NCBI GenBank assembly: GCA_964016885.1 | Contig: OZ024742.1 | Coordinates: 196,912,001-196,976,000, forward strand | DNA length: 64,000 nucleotides | Source: Eledone cirrhosa | Lineage: Eukaryota | Reading direction: 5' to 3' | Part shown: positions 61,331 to 64,000 of the stretch, piece after piece | How positions within the stretch are numbered: position 1 is the first letter of the stretch | How the letters are laid out: every line of letters begins with the position of its first letter | Notes under the pieces: model-generated | What the model was told of the DNA's origin: nothing | Databases searched by the model: none | The model's input: the letters and a program-made list of their open reading frames with translations, nothing else | Made by a program: the position numbers and the translations under genes

Positions 61331-61364
61331 TAGTAATTTAGTTATTAACAATAAATAAATATTT

Positions 61365-62830
61365 AATAATTGTTTCTACTTTTGGCACAAGGCCAACAAT
61401 TAAATCAGTATATTACTGGTACTTTATTTTATCGACCCCGTAAGGATGAAAGGCAAAGTTAACCTCGGCGGGATTTGAACGCAATCCGTAAAGGGACGTA
61501 ACTGTGCTAGAAAGCATGGTGTCCGACCCTCTACCGATACTGCCAATCCACCGCCTTATTAAATAAATATTTAATAATGGTTTCCAATTTAGGCACATGG
61601 CCAACAATAATTGGAGGAGGGGAGAATATTGATTAAATTGACCCTAGTGGTGCTTTATTTTATCGACCCTCGTAAGGATGAAAAGCAAAGCTAACCTCGG
61701 TGGGATTTGAACTCAGAACATAAAGGGACGTAATTCTCTGCTGCAAAACATGGTGACCGACGCTTTACCGATACTGCTAGTATACAAATTGGGCATAAAA
61801 GCCCCGGGACGTCGCTCGTTGGACTCGAACACAGATTTGGTGTATGCCGGACGGCCGGGCTACCGATTGCTCCTAAGCGAGGCTGACAAATATTTAATAA
61901 TGGTTTCTTATATAGACACAAGGCCAGCAATTTTGGGGGAGGGGTACGTCGATTAAATCGACCCCAGTGCGTGACTGATACTTTATTTTATCGACCCCGT
62001 GAGGATGAAAGGCAAAGTTAACCTCGGCGGGATTTGAACTCAGATCATAAAGGGCCGTAACTCTATGCTGCAAAGCATGGCGTCCGTTCCCTCTACCGAT
62101 ACTGCCAATCCACCAATTTGACAACTATTTAATAATGCATCAATTCCTATCTTTAACAGTATATTTCCCTCTGTGGTAACCTGGTTTATTTTCTTACAAC
62201 TTAATAAAAGAGAAGTGAAGGAGAGGATGGGAATAATTAAGAAGCAGTAAATTGGGATTTTTGAACTGGGAGCCACACTGCTGTTGGGTTGGGTGTGTTC
62301 ATTCTGGATAATAAGGTAGGTAGGTTAGTGGCCAGTTTAAAGGACGTGCAATAAAAATAAAAACGGAGTAGTACTTGATACATCTGCACATCTTTCCATA
62401 CCGCATCTCCCTTCCCGGAGACAACACCTGATGGACCGGGTGGACCTTCGGGACCCTGAAATTACAAAAAAAAAAAAAAATAATATTAGTAATAATAAAA
62501 AAAAAAATAATTGTTTCTACTTTTGGCACAAGGCCAGCAATTATCCCAGTGTATTACTGGTGCTTTATTTTATCGACCCCCATAAGGATGAAAGGCAAAG
62601 TTAACCTCGGCGGGATTTGAACTCAGACCATAAAGGGCCGTAACTCTTTGCTGCAAAGCATGGCGTCCGACCCTCTACCGATACTGCCAATCCACAAAAA
62701 ATAATTGCTTCTACTTTAGACACAAGGCCAGCAATTACCCAGTGCATTACTGGTACTTTATTTTATCGACTCCGTAAGGATGAAAGGCAAAGTCAACCTC
62801 GGCGGGAAAAAATAATGATTTCTAATTTAA
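61365..62830 (-). mobile_element. SINE cluster (five or more copies) in the collagen introns, flanking the 62402 exon
   Basis: Copies at ~61365, 61575, 61895, 62505 and 62700. Confidence 0.85.
62402..62455 (-). CDS. Collagen triple-helix exon (54 bp, phase 0): GPEGPPGPSGVVSGKGDA
   Basis: Minus strand reads T-rich tract tttcag|GGT CCC GAA GGT CCA CCC GGT CCA TCA GGT GTT GTC TCC GGG AAG GGA GAT GCG|gtatgg. It is 54 bp and in frame with the 63131-63184 exon; one Gly position is Ser. Confidence 0.9.
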
Positions 62831-63130
62831 GCACATAAGATTGGTTACTTCAGCCCGTCTGGTTTCGGACAATGACAATCTGTCCAACCCATACTAACGT
62901 AGAAAGGAACCTAAAACGATGATGATGATGATCATGATGATGATTTCAGTTTATAGCTTATATTTAAAAAAAAATAGTACCTCGTATTATTGTTTATATT
63001 ATCTCGCGAGACAGTGGAGTAATTTATGCTGGAAGGGAACTAAGCACTGTATGGTGTTGAAACTCAAACCCTACTGTTTCGGTTGCAATAAATAATATAT
63101 TCTGATAGATGATAAAACACGTATACTTAC

Positions 63131-63184
63131 GACATTTCCCTTTTCACCTTTTGCTCCTGGGGGTCCTGCATTTCCTGATTGACC
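63131..63184 (-). CDS. Collagen triple-helix exon (54 bp, phase 0): GQSGNAGPPGAKGEKGNV
   Basis: Minus strand reads tttcag|GGT CAA TCA GGA AAT GCA GGA CCC CCA GGA GCA AAA GGT GAA AAG GGA AAT GTC|gtaagt. Six perfect Gly-X-Y triplets, canonical AG/GT sites, and the classic 54-bp collagen exon size. Confidence 0.93.
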
Positions 63185-63763
63185 CTGAAACAACATATTT
63201 CTTTTATTAATATATATATATATATATATATATATTTAACAAACTTGCTCAGTCCTCAAGAAATATGCTCTGTTCTCCATGCTTGAACAGAGCATATTTC
63301 TTCCTGAGAAGGATAGAGAGTGAGAGAAAGGAACTGAGAAAGAGATATAAAAGAAGCATCAACTCCAGTACTAAACTGGTACTTTTTTTTTTATTAGCCT
63401 TGAAAGAATGAAAGGCAAAGTTGACCTCGGTGGTATTAGGACTCACAGAGCAGAGAACCGAAACAAATCCCGCAAAGCATTATATCCGACGTTCTAACGA
63501 CTCTGCCAATTGAGCGCCTAAGTAAGTTCATTGGTAATAGATAGGTATGTTGTGACGGAGGAATGGGATCTGTCATTTCAGGTCTGACAATTTGTCTGGG
63601 AGAAAAGAATCTTTTTTCAACCCAGTTACAACATTTTCCTCTCAGATCAAGAGACATTCCCAAAATATTATATTCCTATTCTCTCCCATGAAATACTTCA
63701 CTGACACACTCACATATATACCTAATAACACCAATTGTTTTTGTATCTCTGTCTTTGTCATTA

Positions 63764-63825
<62 letters not shown>

Positions 63826-64000
63826 AATACACGCACACACCCACACACACATATACACAGTATATGTATTGCTATGTAAAGATCTTACATTGAAGGCCAA
63901 TATCTGGTTTTATGTTTAAGAAACTAAAATATTTATATAACTTAACATCTCTTTACTATCGTATTCTTGACATATATTGCAACTAGGTTGAAAAGTGTTT

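Noticed and set aside
62402-62455. A-to-I recoding to restore Gly in the collagen exon
   Set aside because: The Ser codon is TCC; editing cannot produce GGN.

Overview
AT-rich, repeat-dominated animal genomic DNA. The SINE families and the huge (TA)n/(CA)n microsatellite load resemble an octopod cephalopod, which is an inference from recalled repeat sequences and not a database hit. Almost all long ORFs in the track are microsatellite translation artefacts. The only convincing host coding sequence is two 54-bp, phase-0 Gly-X-Y collagen exons on the minus strand (63131-63184, 62402-62455). The rest may be intron or intergenic DNA. It contains: a 5'-truncated R4/Dong-like non-LTR retrotransposon sitting in (CATA)n with a second 3'-end copy beside it; Penelope-like (GIY-YIG) fragments, one flanked by ~1.07-kb inverted pLTRs; RTE, CRE-like and HERO-like LINE fragments; many tRNA-derived SINEs; hAT MITEs; a fold-back mariner; a 52-bp minisatellite; and kb-scale (TA/TATG)n arrays. 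The most striking signal is a dense set of about a dozen minimal type-I hammerhead-ribozyme motifs (CUGANGA-stem II-GAAA-short palindromic stem III-UH) from several unrelated families. Most lie next to microsatellites and several lie inside inverted duplications, pointing to a Penelope/retrozyme-like non-autonomous ribozyme element system. All folds were read by eye and none is tested.
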